This document shows positions 1-16,451 of a DNA stretch of 24,000 nt, piece by piece. Position numbers and translations under genes: made by a program. This DNA comes from Photobacterium profundum (lineage in GTDB: Bacteria; Pseudomonadota; Gammaproteobacteria; Enterobacterales; Vibrionaceae). The stretch covers positions 16,286-40,285 of the forward strand of contig NZ_PYOD01000012.1 in the NCBI RefSeq assembly GCF_003026285.1, written 5' to 3'. Numbering within the stretch: the first letter of the stretch is position 1; every line of letters starts with the position of its first letter. The notes beneath the pieces are model-generated. The model saw only the letters and a program-made list of their open reading frames with translations. It searched no databases and had not been told where the DNA came from.

Positions 1-1143
1 TTTACACACGTAAATAGATTCTTTCAGCCCTGTTTCTGCTTCATATTTTGCTTCTACAACCGCTTTAACGCTGTCAACCAATACTGGTGGCATAACTGCG
101 ACAATACAACCACCAAAGCCACCGCCAGTCATACGAACGCCACCTTCTTCACCAATGCATTCTTTAACCATATCAACCAATACATCAACTTCACGTACCG
201 TAATTTCAAAATCATCGCGCATAGAGGCATGAGATTCAGCCATTAAACGCCCCATCTGCTTGATGTCATCAGCACTCAATGCAAGCGCAGCTTGTTCAGT
301 ACGATCGTTTTCGGTAATCACGTGACGCGCACGCTTCGCCACCATTTCATCAAGCTCATTCACACGTTCATTAAATTGATCGATGGTGACGTCACGTAAC
401 GCTTTTACACCAAAAATACGCGCAGCTTCTTCGCATTGTTCACGACGTGTATTGTATTCACTGCCTACTAAGCCGCGTTTTTTATTCGAGTTAATAATAA
501 CCACAGCCATATCTTCAGGCATAGATACAGGTGTCGTATCAAGCGTTCGGCAATCAATTAATAGTGCGTGGTTTGCTTTACCTTCTGCAGAAATTAATTG
601 ATCCATGATGCCGCAATTACAGCCTACAAATTGGTTTTCAGCTTGTTGACCATTTAAGGCAATATCTTGCTGAGTAATCATTAAGTTATAAAGCACTTTA
701 AATGTCTGACCAATGACGACTTCAAGCGCAGCAGATGAACTTAAACCCGCGCCCTGAGGAACATTACCGCTTACCGTAATGTCTGCCCCATTAAATTCAT
801 AACCACGCTCTAATAAGCATTTCACTACACCTTTCACATAGTTAATCCACATGCAGTCTTGATCAAAGGTGATCGGTTGAGATAAATCAAACTCTTTTAT
901 TTCATTACTGTAATCAACGGCAACAACACGAACGATACTGTCTTCACGGCATGAAGCCGCCACAATAGTTTGATAATCAATCGCGCACGGTAATACAAAG
1001 CCATCGTTATAATCTGTGTGTTCACCAATAATGTTTACACGACCCGGCGCTTGAATAATTTGGCTTGGAGCATATCCCAATAGATCAGTGAATACAGACG
1101 TTACGCTATGAATTAAGGCTTGAGATTTATTGTTTTTTGTCAT
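1..1143 (-). CDS. galK: galactokinase, C-terminal end cut by the window edge
   Basis: Minus-strand reading frame is open from ATG at 1143-1141 to position 1. The N-terminus [56 protein letters not shown] contains the galactokinase signature [18 protein letters not shown]. It lies directly downstream of galT as in galETK. It is absent from the ORF track only because it has no stop in the window. Confidence 0.9.
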   Translation of the reverse strand, partial: MTKNNKSQALIHSVTSVFTDLLGYAPSQIIQAPGRVNIIGEHTDYNDGFVLPCAIDYQTIVAASCREDSIVRVVAVDYSNEIKEFDLSQPITFDQDCMWINYVKGVVKCLLERGYEFNGADITVSGNVPQGAGLSSSAALEVVIGQTFKVLYNLMITQQDIALNGQQAENQFVGCNCGIMDQLISAEGKANHALLIDCRTLDTTPVSMPEDMAVVIINSNKKRGLVGSEYNTRREQCEEAARIFGVKALRDVTIDQFNERVNELDEMVAKRARHVITENDRTEQAALALSADDIKQMGRLMAESHASMRDDFEITVREVDVLVDMVKECIGEEGGVRMTGGGFGGCIVAVMPPVLVDSVKAVVEAKYEAETGLKESIYVCK

Positions 1144-1195
1144 GTTCTTACTACCTAATAATCTGTTGAATAAGGGTTAACGTTGCGATTCACTG

Positions 1196-2287
1196 CTATT
1201 GTTCACGAAAATGAATATCACTCAGTGCGCGTAATTTGTCTGCTGCTTGTTCTGCGGTTAAATCACGTTGACTTTCAGCCAGCATTTCATAACCCACCAT
1301 GAATTTACGTACTGTTGCAGAGCGCAAAAGAGGCGGATAGAACAATGCATGAAGCTGCCAATGTTCGATGCTTGTGTCGCTATCCTGACCTTCTTTAAAG
1401 AAAGGGGCGTAATGCCAACCCATCGAATACGGGAACGAGCACTTAAACAGATTGTCGTAACGGCTAGTCAGCTTTTTCATGGCTAGCGCAAGGTCATCGC
1501 GCTGCTCATCCGTTAATTCATTCATACGGCGTACATGCGTTTTCGGCATTAACATTGTTTCAAATGGCCATGCAGCCCAATAAGGTACAACAGCAATCCA
1601 ATGTTCAGTTTCAACCACGGTACGAGATCCGTCTTTCATTTCACTGCTAACGTAATCAACCAGTAAGTTAGTGCCGTTTTCTTGATAGTACGCTCTTAAA
1701 TTGTCGTCTTTACGGGCAATTTCATTCGGTAAAAAACTGTTCGCCCAAATTTGTCCATGCGGGTGAGGCTGAGAGCACCCCATCGCTGAACCTTTATTTT
1801 CAAAAGCTTGAACCCAAACATAATCTTGACCCAGCTCTTCAATCTGTTCGTTCCATGTATCAACAACACTGCGAATAGCGGGTACAGACAATTCTGGTAA
1901 TGTCTTGCTATGATCGGGAGAGAAACACACTACACGGCTAAGCCCTCGAGCACTCTCGCTACGAAATAATGGGTTATCAGATTGCGGTGCGTCTGGTGTA
2001 TCAACCGTTAACGCAGCGTGATCATTATTGAATACGTAGGTGCCAGTATAATCTGGGTTTTTATCACCAGACACTCGTGCATTCGTTGGGCATAAGAAAC
2101 ATCCACTATCATATTGTGTCTCAACTGCAGGCTCTGGTGTTTCATCAGCCCCCTGCCAAGGACGTTTTGCCCGATGAGGTGAAACTAAAACCCACTGACC
2201 CGTTAAAGGGTTATAACGACGATGCGGATGATCGGTTGCGTCAAAAGTGTCGCTGTTCAAATTTGTGCTCGAATCCATATTCGACAT
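1196..2287 (-). CDS. galT: galactose-1-phosphate uridylyltransferase
   Basis: Supplied ORF 1196..2293. It is near-collinear with my memory of E. coli GalT ([40 protein letters not shown] with the HPH active site, FPYSMGWH). The ORF-track start at 2293 is a TTG, so I prefer the ATG at 2287 (MSNMDSS). Confidence 0.93.
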   Translation of the reverse strand: MSNMDSSTNLNSDTFDATDHPHRRYNPLTGQWVLVSPHRAKRPWQGADETPEPAVETQYDSGCFLCPTNARVSGDKNPDYTGTYVFNNDHAALTVDTPDAPQSDNPLFRSESARGLSRVVCFSPDHSKTLPELSVPAIRSVVDTWNEQIEELGQDYVWVQAFENKGSAMGCSQPHPHGQIWANSFLPNEIARKDDNLRAYYQENGTNLLVDYVSSEMKDGSRTVVETEHWIAVVPYWAAWPFETMLMPKTHVRRMNELTDEQRDDLALAMKKLTSRYDNLFKCSFPYSMGWHYAPFFKEGQDSDTSIEHWQLHALFYPPLLRSATVRKFMVGYEMLAESQRDLTAEQAADKLRALSDIHFREQ

Positions 2288-2412
2288 AATCAAAATTGCC
2301 TATTCAAAGTTGTACGAAGCAAGGCTTAAATGGACACAATAAATGCGGTTCACGCATCTAGCCCTACTGCTTAAATATCTTGATGTACTAAATATATTGC
2401 TGAAAATGGGGT

Positions 2413-3423
2413 TTAATATCCCTGAGGGTTTTCTGACTGCCAACGCCACGTATCTTGTGCCATATCGGTAACCTTGTAGTGGGCTTTCCAACCTAATTCT
2501 TGTTCTGCTTTTTGCGTATTAGCCCAACACTCAGCAATATCACCTGAACGACGAGGACAAATTTTATAGGCAACATCATGGCCACACGCTAGGCTAAATG
2601 CATTTACCATTTCTAATACACTACTACCCTGCCCTGTGCCTAGATTGTAGATATGCAAACCTGATTTTTGTCCAACAACATTTAGCGCCGCTACATGACC
2701 ATCCGATAAGTCCATCACATGAATATAGTCACGAACGCCTGTACCGTCGGGAGTTGGATAGTCATCACCAAATACAGATAAGTACTCACGACGACCAACG
2801 GCAACTTGCGCAATAAATGGCATTAAGTTATTAGGAATACCTTGCGGGTCTTCGCCCATAGAACCTGATGGGTGTGCACCAACTGGATTAAAATAGCGCA
2901 GTAACGTAATGCTCCATGTCGGATCGGCAAAATGGATATCACGCAAGCATTCCTCAACCATATATTTACTACGACCATATGGGTTAGTAACATCGCCTGT
3001 AGGGGTCAATTCGTTAATTGGCATTTCAGTCGGATCACCATAAACCGTTGCCGAAGAACTAAAGACGAGACTTTTCACATTTGCTTTTACCATTTCATCG
3101 ACAAGCACCAGCGTACCGTGAACGTTGTTATCATAATATTCAAGTGGCTTTTCTACCGATTCACCGACCGCCTTTAAACCTGCAAAATGAATAACAGAGT
3201 CAATTTTTTGCTCGCTAAAAATTTGTGAAAGAATTGTCTGGTCACGTACATCGCCCTCATAAAATAGAGGCGTTACACCAGTTAATGCATGCACTCTTTC
3301 AAGTACTGCTGAATTACTGTTTGATAAGTTATCGAGAATAATAGGCTCTAGCCCTGCATTAATCATTTGCACACATGTATGGCTGCCGATATAACCCATT
3401 CCACCAGTAACTAATACCTTCAC
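2413..3423 (-). CDS. galE: UDP-glucose 4-epimerase
   Basis: 336 aa. N-terminal Rossmann motif MKVLVTGGMGYIGSH and the YGRSK catalytic YxxxK. Length and order (galE-galT-galK) are typical. GTG start preceded by GGAGAGAG. Confidence 0.93.
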   Translation of the reverse strand: MKVLVTGGMGYIGSHTCVQMINAGLEPIILDNLSNSNSAVLERVHALTGVTPLFYEGDVRDQTILSQIFSEQKIDSVIHFAGLKAVGESVEKPLEYYDNNVHGTLVLVDEMVKANVKSLVFSSSATVYGDPTEMPINELTPTGDVTNPYGRSKYMVEECLRDIHFADPTWSITLLRYFNPVGAHPSGSMGEDPQGIPNNLMPFIAQVAVGRREYLSVFGDDYPTPDGTGVRDYIHVMDLSDGHVAALNVVGQKSGLHIYNLGTGQGSSVLEMVNAFSLACGHDVAYKICPRRSGDIAECWANTQKAEQELGWKAHYKVTDMAQDTWRWQSENPQGY

Positions 3424-3491
3424 AATCTCTCTCCAAATCTTGATTAACGATTAACTGCTAAAAAGTGTATCAAGCAAAACATACTGAGATC

Positions 3492-3507
3492 CGTGATCAA
3501 AACCACA
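3492..3507 (-). promoter_or_regulatory. candidate CRP site upstream of galE
   Basis: Minus strand reads TGTGGTTTTGATCACG, against the TGTGA-N6-TCACA consensus. It lies immediately promoter-proximal to the GalR-type operator, as in E. coli gal. The promoter hexamers could not be placed convincingly. Confidence 0.4.
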
Positions 3508-3510
3508 CTT

Positions 3511-3526
3511 GTGTAAACGTTTCCAC
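3511..3526. promoter_or_regulatory. GalR/GalS-type (LacI-family) operator
   Basis: GTGTAAACGTTTCCAC is a 16-bp near-palindrome with a central CG. It differs by one base from the E. coli gal OE operator as I remember it (GTGTAAACGATTCCAC). It lies about 90 bp upstream of the galE start. Confidence 0.6.
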
Positions 3527-3640
3527 TAAAATATAAAATACATAAATCGCATCGAAAAATGCGCAACTTCCATTAAGTCGAGGAACAACAAGGATTGATT
3601 CATAACAGAGGTGGAATATAAGCCATATATCCCAATAGAT

Positions 3641-3656
3641 AATGTAAACGATTACT
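3641..3656. promoter_or_regulatory. second LacI-family operator-like site
   Basis: AATGTAAACGATTACT has the core GTAAACGATTAC, palindromic around CG. Centre-to-centre distance to the first operator is 130 bp. It lies in the galE/ebgR divergent intergenic region. Confidence 0.4.
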
Positions 3657-3897
3657 TGCGTAGTAATTGAATAGTTACGCTGATTTGATACAAAAATATC
3701 ATCAAATGTACGAGTAAAAAACGCATGAGGGTGTCGATAATTTTACTAAAACATCATAAAATGGCTTTTGCTGCATCCCTATACTTATTTTAAATGCAGC
3801 GCTTTGGTATTAAGTACGTTTACGGTTCGATCGCATTCTTAACAAGTAATATAAGTTAGCTTCTAAAGCATGTTCATCCTCTACCTGATAACCGTAA

Positions 3898-4902
<1,005 letters not shown>

Positions 4903-4925
4903 CAGCTTATCTCTGCTTCAATACG

Positions 4926-4949
4926 AATGGTACTTTTGTGCCATTTTTT
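4926..4949 (+). terminator. rho-independent terminator after ebgR
   Basis: AATGGTAC-TTTT-GTGCCATT forms an 8-bp stem (one G-U pair) followed by TTTT, 24 nt after the stop codon. Confidence 0.6.
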
Positions 4950-5321
4950 ATGCCTATCGCAAAAGCTTAGACAGACCAGAGAATAGACTCTAACTGAGTT
5001 AAAAAGAAGACTTACTCATCTATTACATTCGTATTTTACTAAAACTTAATCAACATTCACCTTAAAGTATAACTCCACCCAGAAAGTACTCTTAATAGCT
5101 ATCAACAAACATTTCCCTTAATAACCACCAAAAAGTATACCTTTCGCGTACATTAAACCATCGACCAGTCGATTTTTTCACTCCAGCCACCTCTTTTATA
5201 TGCTAAATGCTCATATTCTTTCCCGCCAAGAATGTTAGTCGGCTCACAAACTCAAGAACAAAATGTGACCAAGTTAAAGCAAAATAGTTTTACTGATTTA
5301 TTTTACTAAAATTTTAACTAA

Positions 5322-8930
<3,609 letters not shown>

Positions 8931-9009
8931 CTTAACTCAAAAACCATAAATTAAACCAATAACAAGGCTGTGTAATACATGCAGCCCATTTATACTTGAC
9001 GTGTAATAA

Positions 9010-10446
<1,437 letters not shown>

Positions 10447-10512
10447 CCCTGCCGCCACGTCTGAAAAGTTAGACACAAAAAACCAGTAAATTTAATAACA
10501 TACAGAAAAAAC

Positions 10513-10544
10513 AACCCTCACTGGTGGTGCCTTTGAGGGTTTTT
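10513..10544 (+). terminator. rho-independent terminator after the permease
   Basis: AACCCTCA-13 nt loop-TGAGGGTT followed by TTT. Confidence 0.7.
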
Positions 10545-10709
10545 CGACTGACGACAATCATTAAAACCATGTAATTAACCTTTAAATCAATAAGTTAATT
10601 AACCTCCTCCGTCACAACTCTAAAATAAATCTTCCCAACTTGAAGTACTATGCTATCGCGTGTATATACTGTATACAAATAGAGACCCCTCCCATTTTAT
10701 GGATGCTGT

Positions 10710-13700
10710 ATGAAAAAAGCTTTACTTCGTTTTATTGTATTACTGTTACCCCTACTATCAATTACGACGGTAGCAACACTGTACATATATCATGAAGATG
10801 CTAACCAGCTAGAGCTACGCATTCAGGAAAAAGAACTCACAAAACACCAATCTGTCCTTCATATCACCCGCTTACACTTCACACCAATTATTGATGATTT
10901 ACGCTATTTAACGACCAAGTCACAAGAACTCGCTTTTACGCCTGAGTTAACACTAAATCAAAAAGATCGGATGTTAGAAACCTTTATTCGTATTATGAAA
11001 ACAAGGAATCATTACGATCAAATACGTCTGATCAATGCTAATGGAATGGAAGTACTGCGGGTTAATAAAAAAGGCGACGATATAGTCTTAGTACCCAGCA
11101 ACGAACTTCAAGATAAAAGTAAGCGGCCTTATATTCAAAGAGGCCTTCAGGTACCAATTGGCAGTTTTTATACTTCGCAATTCGATCTTAATGTCGAAAA
11201 CGGTAAAATTGAAATCCCCATTAAACCCATGCTGCGTTTTGTTAGCCATTTCAAATCCAATGGCGAATCTTGGTTAATCACATTAAATTATCTAGGAGAC
11301 GATTTTTTACATCAAATACAGCAAGAATATAACTGGGGACAAGGTGGCGGAAATTGGCTCGTCAATAATGATGGACAATGGCTTCTAGGTCCAAATAAAG
11401 AAAGTTCTTGGCAATTTGACTTAAATAATGCCATTGGTACAAAAGACTTTTTTCAGCAGTACCCTAATATTTGGGCTGAAATAGGAAAAAAGAAACACGG
11501 TCAAATACGTGCTGGTGATTACCTTTATACCTATTCTCGCTTCTTTTCTAGTAAAGAATTAAGCAGTACCAAATTATTTGTCCTTCCTTTTGAGGGGGCA
11601 GATTTACCTTGGACAATTATTTCAAGAGTCAACATGCCGAGTTTAGTGACTGAGCTGTCCTTTTCTCAACAACGTATCATTAAATTTGCCACCTTTGGTA
11701 TTCTCGTAATGGCATTAGTCGCGGGTTCTATTGTGCTTGCTTGGCATCTGTATCAACAATTAATTAATGAAAAGAAGCTAAAACAAGAAATTGATGACAA
11801 TGCTCAACGTTACGCATCGGTATTAAAAAATGCGCCTGATGGTTTAATAACGTTGAATAATAATTTAGAAATAACCGCTTTAAATCATTCGGCTGAACGT
11901 GTTTTTAATATCACTGATACTGCCGAAGCCATGGGAAAAAATATCACTGAGATAGTTCATGATACAAAAGCAAAAAACGCACTGAACAAACTCATCTATC
12001 AAGTTCAGCTTGCTATGGCAGATGGTAACAATACCCCAATCAAGGCTAGTATCCAGCTGCCGAATCATACAAGCATAAAATATATCGCTCTTATTGCTAG
12101 TGAAACTGTTTTCAGTTCAACCAGTGAAATCTTGCTTCATATTAGTGATGTCACTGATTGGATTGAAAGAGAGTTAAAGTTAAAAAGTCTATCTCATGCA
12201 GTAGAGCAAAGTGATGATACTGTTCTTATTACAGATAAGAACGGTATTATTGAATATGTTAACCACTCTTTTGAAGCGTTTACTGGCATCACCTCAGCTG
12301 AGGCGTTAGGACGAGATTCACGCACTTTAATGAAGGGGGCTAATGAAACAACCAGTGAAATAAAGCATATTCATCAACAATTAAAAGCAGGAAAAACAAT
12401 TCACCGCGTTATTACACGGAAAAAATCTGATAATACGGTTTGCTATGAAGACGAAACAATTTCACCAATTCGTAACGATACCGGGAAAATAAGTCACTAC
12501 ATATCGACGGGAAAGGATATTACAGAACGCGTGCTGTTTGAAAGTAAGCTTCATAAACTCGCTCATTATGACCTTTTAACTGAACTACCTAATCGTCTAC
12601 TTCTCCTGCAGTACATTGAACAAGCCATCACGAACGCAGAAGAGATGAAAACATCTGTTGTCGTATTCAATATAGATCTCGATTTTTTTAAAAAGATAAA
12701 TGATTCTCTTGGTCATGATGTGGGTGATAAAGTATTAATCACCATTGCCAAACGTATTACACGTTCACTTCGAGATGAAGACGTTCTTGCTCGTTTAGGG
12801 GGCGATGAGTTTGCCATTTTAATTCAGTCGGATACCTCATCGCAAAGTATTGCTACTCTGGCTGAACGCATTATAAATAATATTTGTGCCTCTTTATCTA
12901 TAGAAGAAAAATCATTATCGATTACAGCAAGCATGGGTATTGCCGTTTACCCTGAAAATTCTGTAGATAGTGATGCCTTATTAAAAAACTCGGATATTGC
13001 ACTTTATCACGCTAAAGATCAGGGACGTAATCGATATTGTTTTTTCACCCCCAAAATGGGTATAGAAAGTGTACAACGTCTTCAACTTGAATCTGACCTA
13101 CGTAAAAGTCTAGGTACTGATCAGTACACGTTTTTTTATCAACCTAAGGTGAATGCTAAAACCCATAAAGTATGTGGTATTGAAGCATTATTACGTTGGA
13201 AGAATGAAGAAGGTCAGATCCAATCGCCATTAGGGATCATTCCGATTCTTGAAAATTCAGGGCTTATTGTCAATGTTGGCGAAACGCTGATCAATCAAGC
13301 CTGTGAACAGTTAGCAATTTGGCAGAGTAACGGGTTAGACCTACACTTTGCATTAAATATCTCTGCACGCCAATTATTGCATTCAGACATCGTAGATACT
13401 GTGTATAAAGCCGTTACTATGTCAGGCTGTAATCCCCACTACCTAGAGTTAGAAATAACGGAAAGTGTCGTCATGGCCGATGTGAAGTTAGCCTTCGATA
13501 AGCTCATTAAATTAGAAGCTCTTGGTGTGAAAATTGCCATCGATGATTTCGGTACGGGATACTCTTCACTCGCCTACCTTAGTCGATTCCCAATACATAT
13601 TTTGAAGGTAGATAGAGAGTTTGTTCAAGACCTGCCAATGAACAAAGATAGCGTTACAATCACGCGTTCTATTATTGAACTAGCACATAACTTATCGATG

Positions 13701-13871
13701 CTCGTTGTAGCAGAAGGTGTCGAAAACGAAGATCAAATTAAATTTTTGACCAACATTGGCGTTGAAGAGTTTCAAGGCTACTACTTTGGTAAACCTATGC
13801 CAATCGATGAATTCGAAGTGAAATTTATCACTGATAGTGCAAATGCTGAAGATATTCTGAATGAAAGCTAG
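10710..13871 (+). CDS. membrane sensor diguanylate cyclase/phosphodiesterase (periplasmic domain-TM-PAS-PAS-GGDEF-EAL)
   Basis: 1053 aa. N-terminal TM segment (LLRFIVLLLPLLSITTVATLYIY), a periplasmic region of about 300 aa, and a second TM segment (FATFGILVMALVAGSIVLAW). Two PAS-like regions follow. The GGDEF motif is intact (RLGGDEFAIL), with an RxxD I-site (RDED) five residues upstream. EAL motifs are intact (EALLRW, DDFGTGYSSL, EGVE). Confidence 0.9.
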   Translation: MKKALLRFIVLLLPLLSITTVATLYIYHEDANQLELRIQEKELTKHQSVLHITRLHFTPIIDDLRYLTTKSQELAFTPELTLNQKDRMLETFIRIMKTRNHYDQIRLINANGMEVLRVNKKGDDIVLVPSNELQDKSKRPYIQRGLQVPIGSFYTSQFDLNVENGKIEIPIKPMLRFVSHFKSNGESWLITLNYLGDDFLHQIQQEYNWGQGGGNWLVNNDGQWLLGPNKESSWQFDLNNAIGTKDFFQQYPNIWAEIGKKKHGQIRAGDYLYTYSRFFSSKELSSTKLFVLPFEGADLPWTIISRVNMPSLVTELSFSQQRIIKFATFGILVMALVAGSIVLAWHLYQQLINEKKLKQEIDDNAQRYASVLKNAPDGLITLNNNLEITALNHSAERVFNITDTAEAMGKNITEIVHDTKAKNALNKLIYQVQLAMADGNNTPIKASIQLPNHTSIKYIALIASETVFSSTSEILLHISDVTDWIERELKLKSLSHAVEQSDDTVLITDKNGIIEYVNHSFEAFTGITSAEALGRDSRTLMKGANETTSEIKHIHQQLKAGKTIHRVITRKKSDNTVCYEDETISPIRNDTGKISHYISTGKDITERVLFESKLHKLAHYDLLTELPNRLLLLQYIEQAITNAEEMKTSVVVFNIDLDFFKKINDSLGHDVGDKVLITIAKRITRSLRDEDVLARLGGDEFAILIQSDTSSQSIATLAERIINNICASLSIEEKSLSITASMGIAVYPENSVDSDALLKNSDIALYHAKDQGRNRYCFFTPKMGIESVQRLQLESDLRKSLGTDQYTFFYQPKVNAKTHKVCGIEALLRWKNEEGQIQSPLGIIPILENSGLIVNVGETLINQACEQLAIWQSNGLDLHFALNISARQLLHSDIVDTVYKAVTMSGCNPHYLELEITESVVMADVKLAFDKLIKLEALGVKIAIDDFGTGYSSLAYLSRFPIHILKVDREFVQDLPMNKDSVTITRSIIELAHNLSMLVVAEGVENEDQIKFLTNIGVEEFQGYYFGKPMPIDEFEVKFITDSANAEDILNES

Positions 13872-13988
13872 TCTGTTATAAACAATAAACGTCTCAGATG
13901 TAAAAAACGTCCATACTTAAGTTATTAAAGCTTCTATTCAGCAAGAGGCTGACTTACTATATTCAAGATATTATAAAGGGGCAGCATT

Positions 13989-14336
13989 ATGAGCTTTAGT
14001 GATTATTTAGATGATTTTATTAAACAACGCGATCAACGCCCTCAAACACCTGCTCGTCAACAGTTTAGACGTCAACCTGCACAATCAGTGCAAGATGCTA
14101 CAAATCAGAGCAAAGCACGTGAAGCCATGGCACGAGAACAAGAAGATGCTTCAGAACGTGCGACAGAGGAAACAAAGCAACCTCATACACGTATTCATGG
14201 GCGTTGTATGACAGCTCAAGAATTATATGCACTTGACCAACAAAAAGTAGACGCGATACCTGTTAGTCAATCACGATTAGATTTTATTCAGCAATTAAAG
14301 AAAGACCTAAAACTGAAAAAACATTCAGATTCTTAA
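13989..14336 (+). CDS. hypothetical small charged/Q-rich protein
   Basis: 115-aa ORF with a good RBS (AAGGGG, 7 nt before the ATG) and a downstream hairpin. I recognise no motif. Confidence 0.5.
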   Translation: MSFSDYLDDFIKQRDQRPQTPARQQFRRQPAQSVQDATNQSKAREAMAREQEDASERATEETKQPHTRIHGRCMTAQELYALDQQKVDAIPVSQSRLDFIQQLKKDLKLKKHSDS

Positions 14337-14391
14337 TTAAGTGTATTTAATAATCTAAAAACCCGAAGTGTATAGACCTAGAACATACAGT

Positions 14392-14415
14392 AGCTGGTTT
14401 AGTACCAGCTCTTTT
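14392..14415 (+). terminator. probable terminator
   Basis: AGCTGGT-TTAGT-ACCAGCT followed by CTTTT. The U-tract is short. Confidence 0.45.
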
Positions 14416-15094
14416 ATCCTAGAATAACAACCATTACATCTATACATAATTAACCTTAAACTGACAAAACAATTCATACTAACTATATTATTGATTACTC
14501 TTCCCTCCACTTACGTAACAAACATTATCAAGAGAACCACCCCAAAAACTTGTTCTATTATATTTAACCACCGTCAATTAGAACAAAAAATGAACTATTC
14601 ACAGCAGTTAGATTCCTAACAGATTAAAAGATGAAATTTAATTTAATAAATATTGCTGAATCCACTCCAAAATAAGCCATAAAGATTCTCCGCATATTCC
14701 ACTGTTTATTTTTCATACCCTATCAGTACAGATTTAACTGATATTTTACACAACAGAGAATATATAAAGCATATTTGGCAGTACCATAAAAATATCATAT
14801 GCATGATTAATATCATTTTTTTTAAAAAATGCATCTTAACTTGCTTATAAAGTATCGTTTATTCAACATATATATCCACATGGAACCAACACATCATACC
14901 AATCTTATTTTCTACACAAACGTCACAAAAAAATCACTTTAGACAAACTAAAGATAACACCCCAACAAACAAGCAACATTTGAAACATTAAAGCTCTGTG
15001 AGGCCTACACTATTAGAGCGCTTAGCACAATATAGGCACAAGAGATTTTAGCGGTTAATATTGACCATTAAGAAAAGTATGAAAAGACTAAATC

Positions 15095-16318
15095 ATGAAT
15101 ACTACAATTCAAATAAACGAGCTAGAATCTTTGCTCATTGCGATTATTGTGCTTTTTCTTGGCTACTTCATTAATACAAAAGTAACGGTTCTTCGGAAGT
15201 ATAATATTCCAGAACCTATTGTAGGAGGCCTAATAGTCGCGGTTATAATTGCTTTAATACATCAGCAAGGCATCGACATTACTTTCAAACTCAGTATTAA
15301 AGACACTTTAATGCAGATGTTTTTTGCTACCGTCGGCCTAGCTGCAAGCTACAAGCTACTGGCACAAGGTGGTTCACGCGTATTTTTATTTTTAGGGTTA
15401 GCAACGGTTTTCATCATCATCCAAAATGCTGTTGGTGTAACACTAAGTACCTTACTTGGCTTAGACCCTATTATTGGCTTAATAGTGGGCTCAATAACAC
15501 TGTCTGGCGGACATGGTACGGGTGCTGCTTGGGCACAAAGCTTTGCAGCAGATTACAATCTACACGTTCTTGAACTGTCTATGGCCTCTGCAACATTTGG
15601 CTTAGTGATGGGCGGAATTATTGGTGGACCTGTTGCACAGCGCCTGATTAACAAACACAAATTGAAGTCATCGTTTGGTGATGGTGAGCATCACCATATT
15701 GAACATCCTGATCTGATTACTTATAGCGATAAAGAAGAAGATCGTATTACGTCAAAGAACACCATTGAAGTACTGTTCATCTTGTTGATCTGTGTTGCAG
15801 GTGCTGCACATGTGAAAGAACTTGTTGATAGCTTTGGTATTTCTTGGCTTCGTATCCCTGACTTTGTTTATGCATTGTTTATTGGTGTTTTTATCACCAA
15901 CATTAGTGAAACAACAAAAGTTTATAAGATCAACAGTGAAACGGTTGATGCGTTAGGTACCATTTCATTATCACTCTTTTTGGCAATGGCCTTAATGAGT
16001 CTTAAGTTGTGGGAATTGCTTGAATTGGCTTTACCAATGCTGATGATCCTAACAGTACAAACGGTCGTGCTTGCTGCGTTTGCGTATTTTGTTACCTTCC
16101 GCGTTATGGGCAGGACGTATGATGCTGCAGTTATTGCTGGTGGCCACTGTGGTTTTGGTATGGGTGCCACACCAACGGCAGTGATGAACATGGGGTCTTT
16201 AGTGTCACGAAATGGACCATCACCCCAAGCTTTCATGGTTGTTCCTATTGTTGGTGCTTTCTTTATCGATATCGCGAACTTGATAGTTTTACAAGGTTAT
16301 TTAAGTTTTATTCAGTAG
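15095..16318 (+). CDS. gltS: sodium/glutamate symporter
   Basis: 407 aa polytopic membrane protein. The N-terminal block LRKYNIPEPIVGGLIVAV matches the E. coli GltS KKYTIPEPVAGGLLVAL region as recalled. Length is close to E. coli GltS (401 aa). Confidence 0.88.
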   Translation: MNTTIQINELESLLIAIIVLFLGYFINTKVTVLRKYNIPEPIVGGLIVAVIIALIHQQGIDITFKLSIKDTLMQMFFATVGLAASYKLLAQGGSRVFLFLGLATVFIIIQNAVGVTLSTLLGLDPIIGLIVGSITLSGGHGTGAAWAQSFAADYNLHVLELSMASATFGLVMGGIIGGPVAQRLINKHKLKSSFGDGEHHHIEHPDLITYSDKEEDRITSKNTIEVLFILLICVAGAAHVKELVDSFGISWLRIPDFVYALFIGVFITNISETTKVYKINSETVDALGTISLSLFLAMALMSLKLWELLELALPMLMILTVQTVVLAAFAYFVTFRVMGRTYDAAVIAGGHCGFGMGATPTAVMNMGSLVSRNGPSPQAFMVVPIVGAFFIDIANLIVLQGYLSFIQ

Positions 16319-16369
16319 CACTTTACATTCATGCTAAATTGCGTAACTGACAAATAGCGGAATATCAAA

Positions 16370-16398
16370 GGGGATGACATTTTGTCATCCCTTTTTTT
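16370..16398 (+). terminator. rho-independent terminator after gltS
   Basis: GGGATGACA-TTT-TGTCATCCC is a perfect 9-bp stem followed by TTTTTTT. Confidence 0.85.
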
Positions 16399-16451
16399 GA
16401 GGTTATATTTCGTGATACAGCGCTCATCGCGGAAAATTGAAGTTAATAACG

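Noticed and set aside
2294-2412. Small hairpin ATGCG-GTTCA-CGCAT in the galE-galT spacer as an internal terminator
   Set aside because: It has only a 5-bp stem and no proper U-tract, so it cannot be distinguished from chance.
383-3177. Short ORFs within or antisense to galK, galT and galE (383..601, 1268..1486, 2077..2289, 2300..2491, 2598..2816, 2932..3177)
   Set aside because: All overlap confidently identified gal genes on the opposite strand or in another frame.
5160-5173. Palindrome ATCGACCAGTCGAT in the ebgR-ebgA intergenic region as a candidate EbgR operator
   Set aside because: It has 6-bp arms only and lacks the CG-centred LacI-family pattern. It lies about 190 bp from the ebgA start and occurs once. 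Evidence is too weak to call.
10661-10677. Possible LexA/SOS box (contains CTGTATAC)
   Set aside because: It does not fit CTG-N10-CAG, because the distal half reads GAG. It is kept only as an unexplained palindrome under the GGDEF-EAL finding.
11880-16236. ORFs 11880..12068, 14011..14211 and 15922..16236
   Set aside because: They are alternative-frame or antisense ORFs inside the GGDEF-EAL gene, the 115-aa ORF and gltS respectively.
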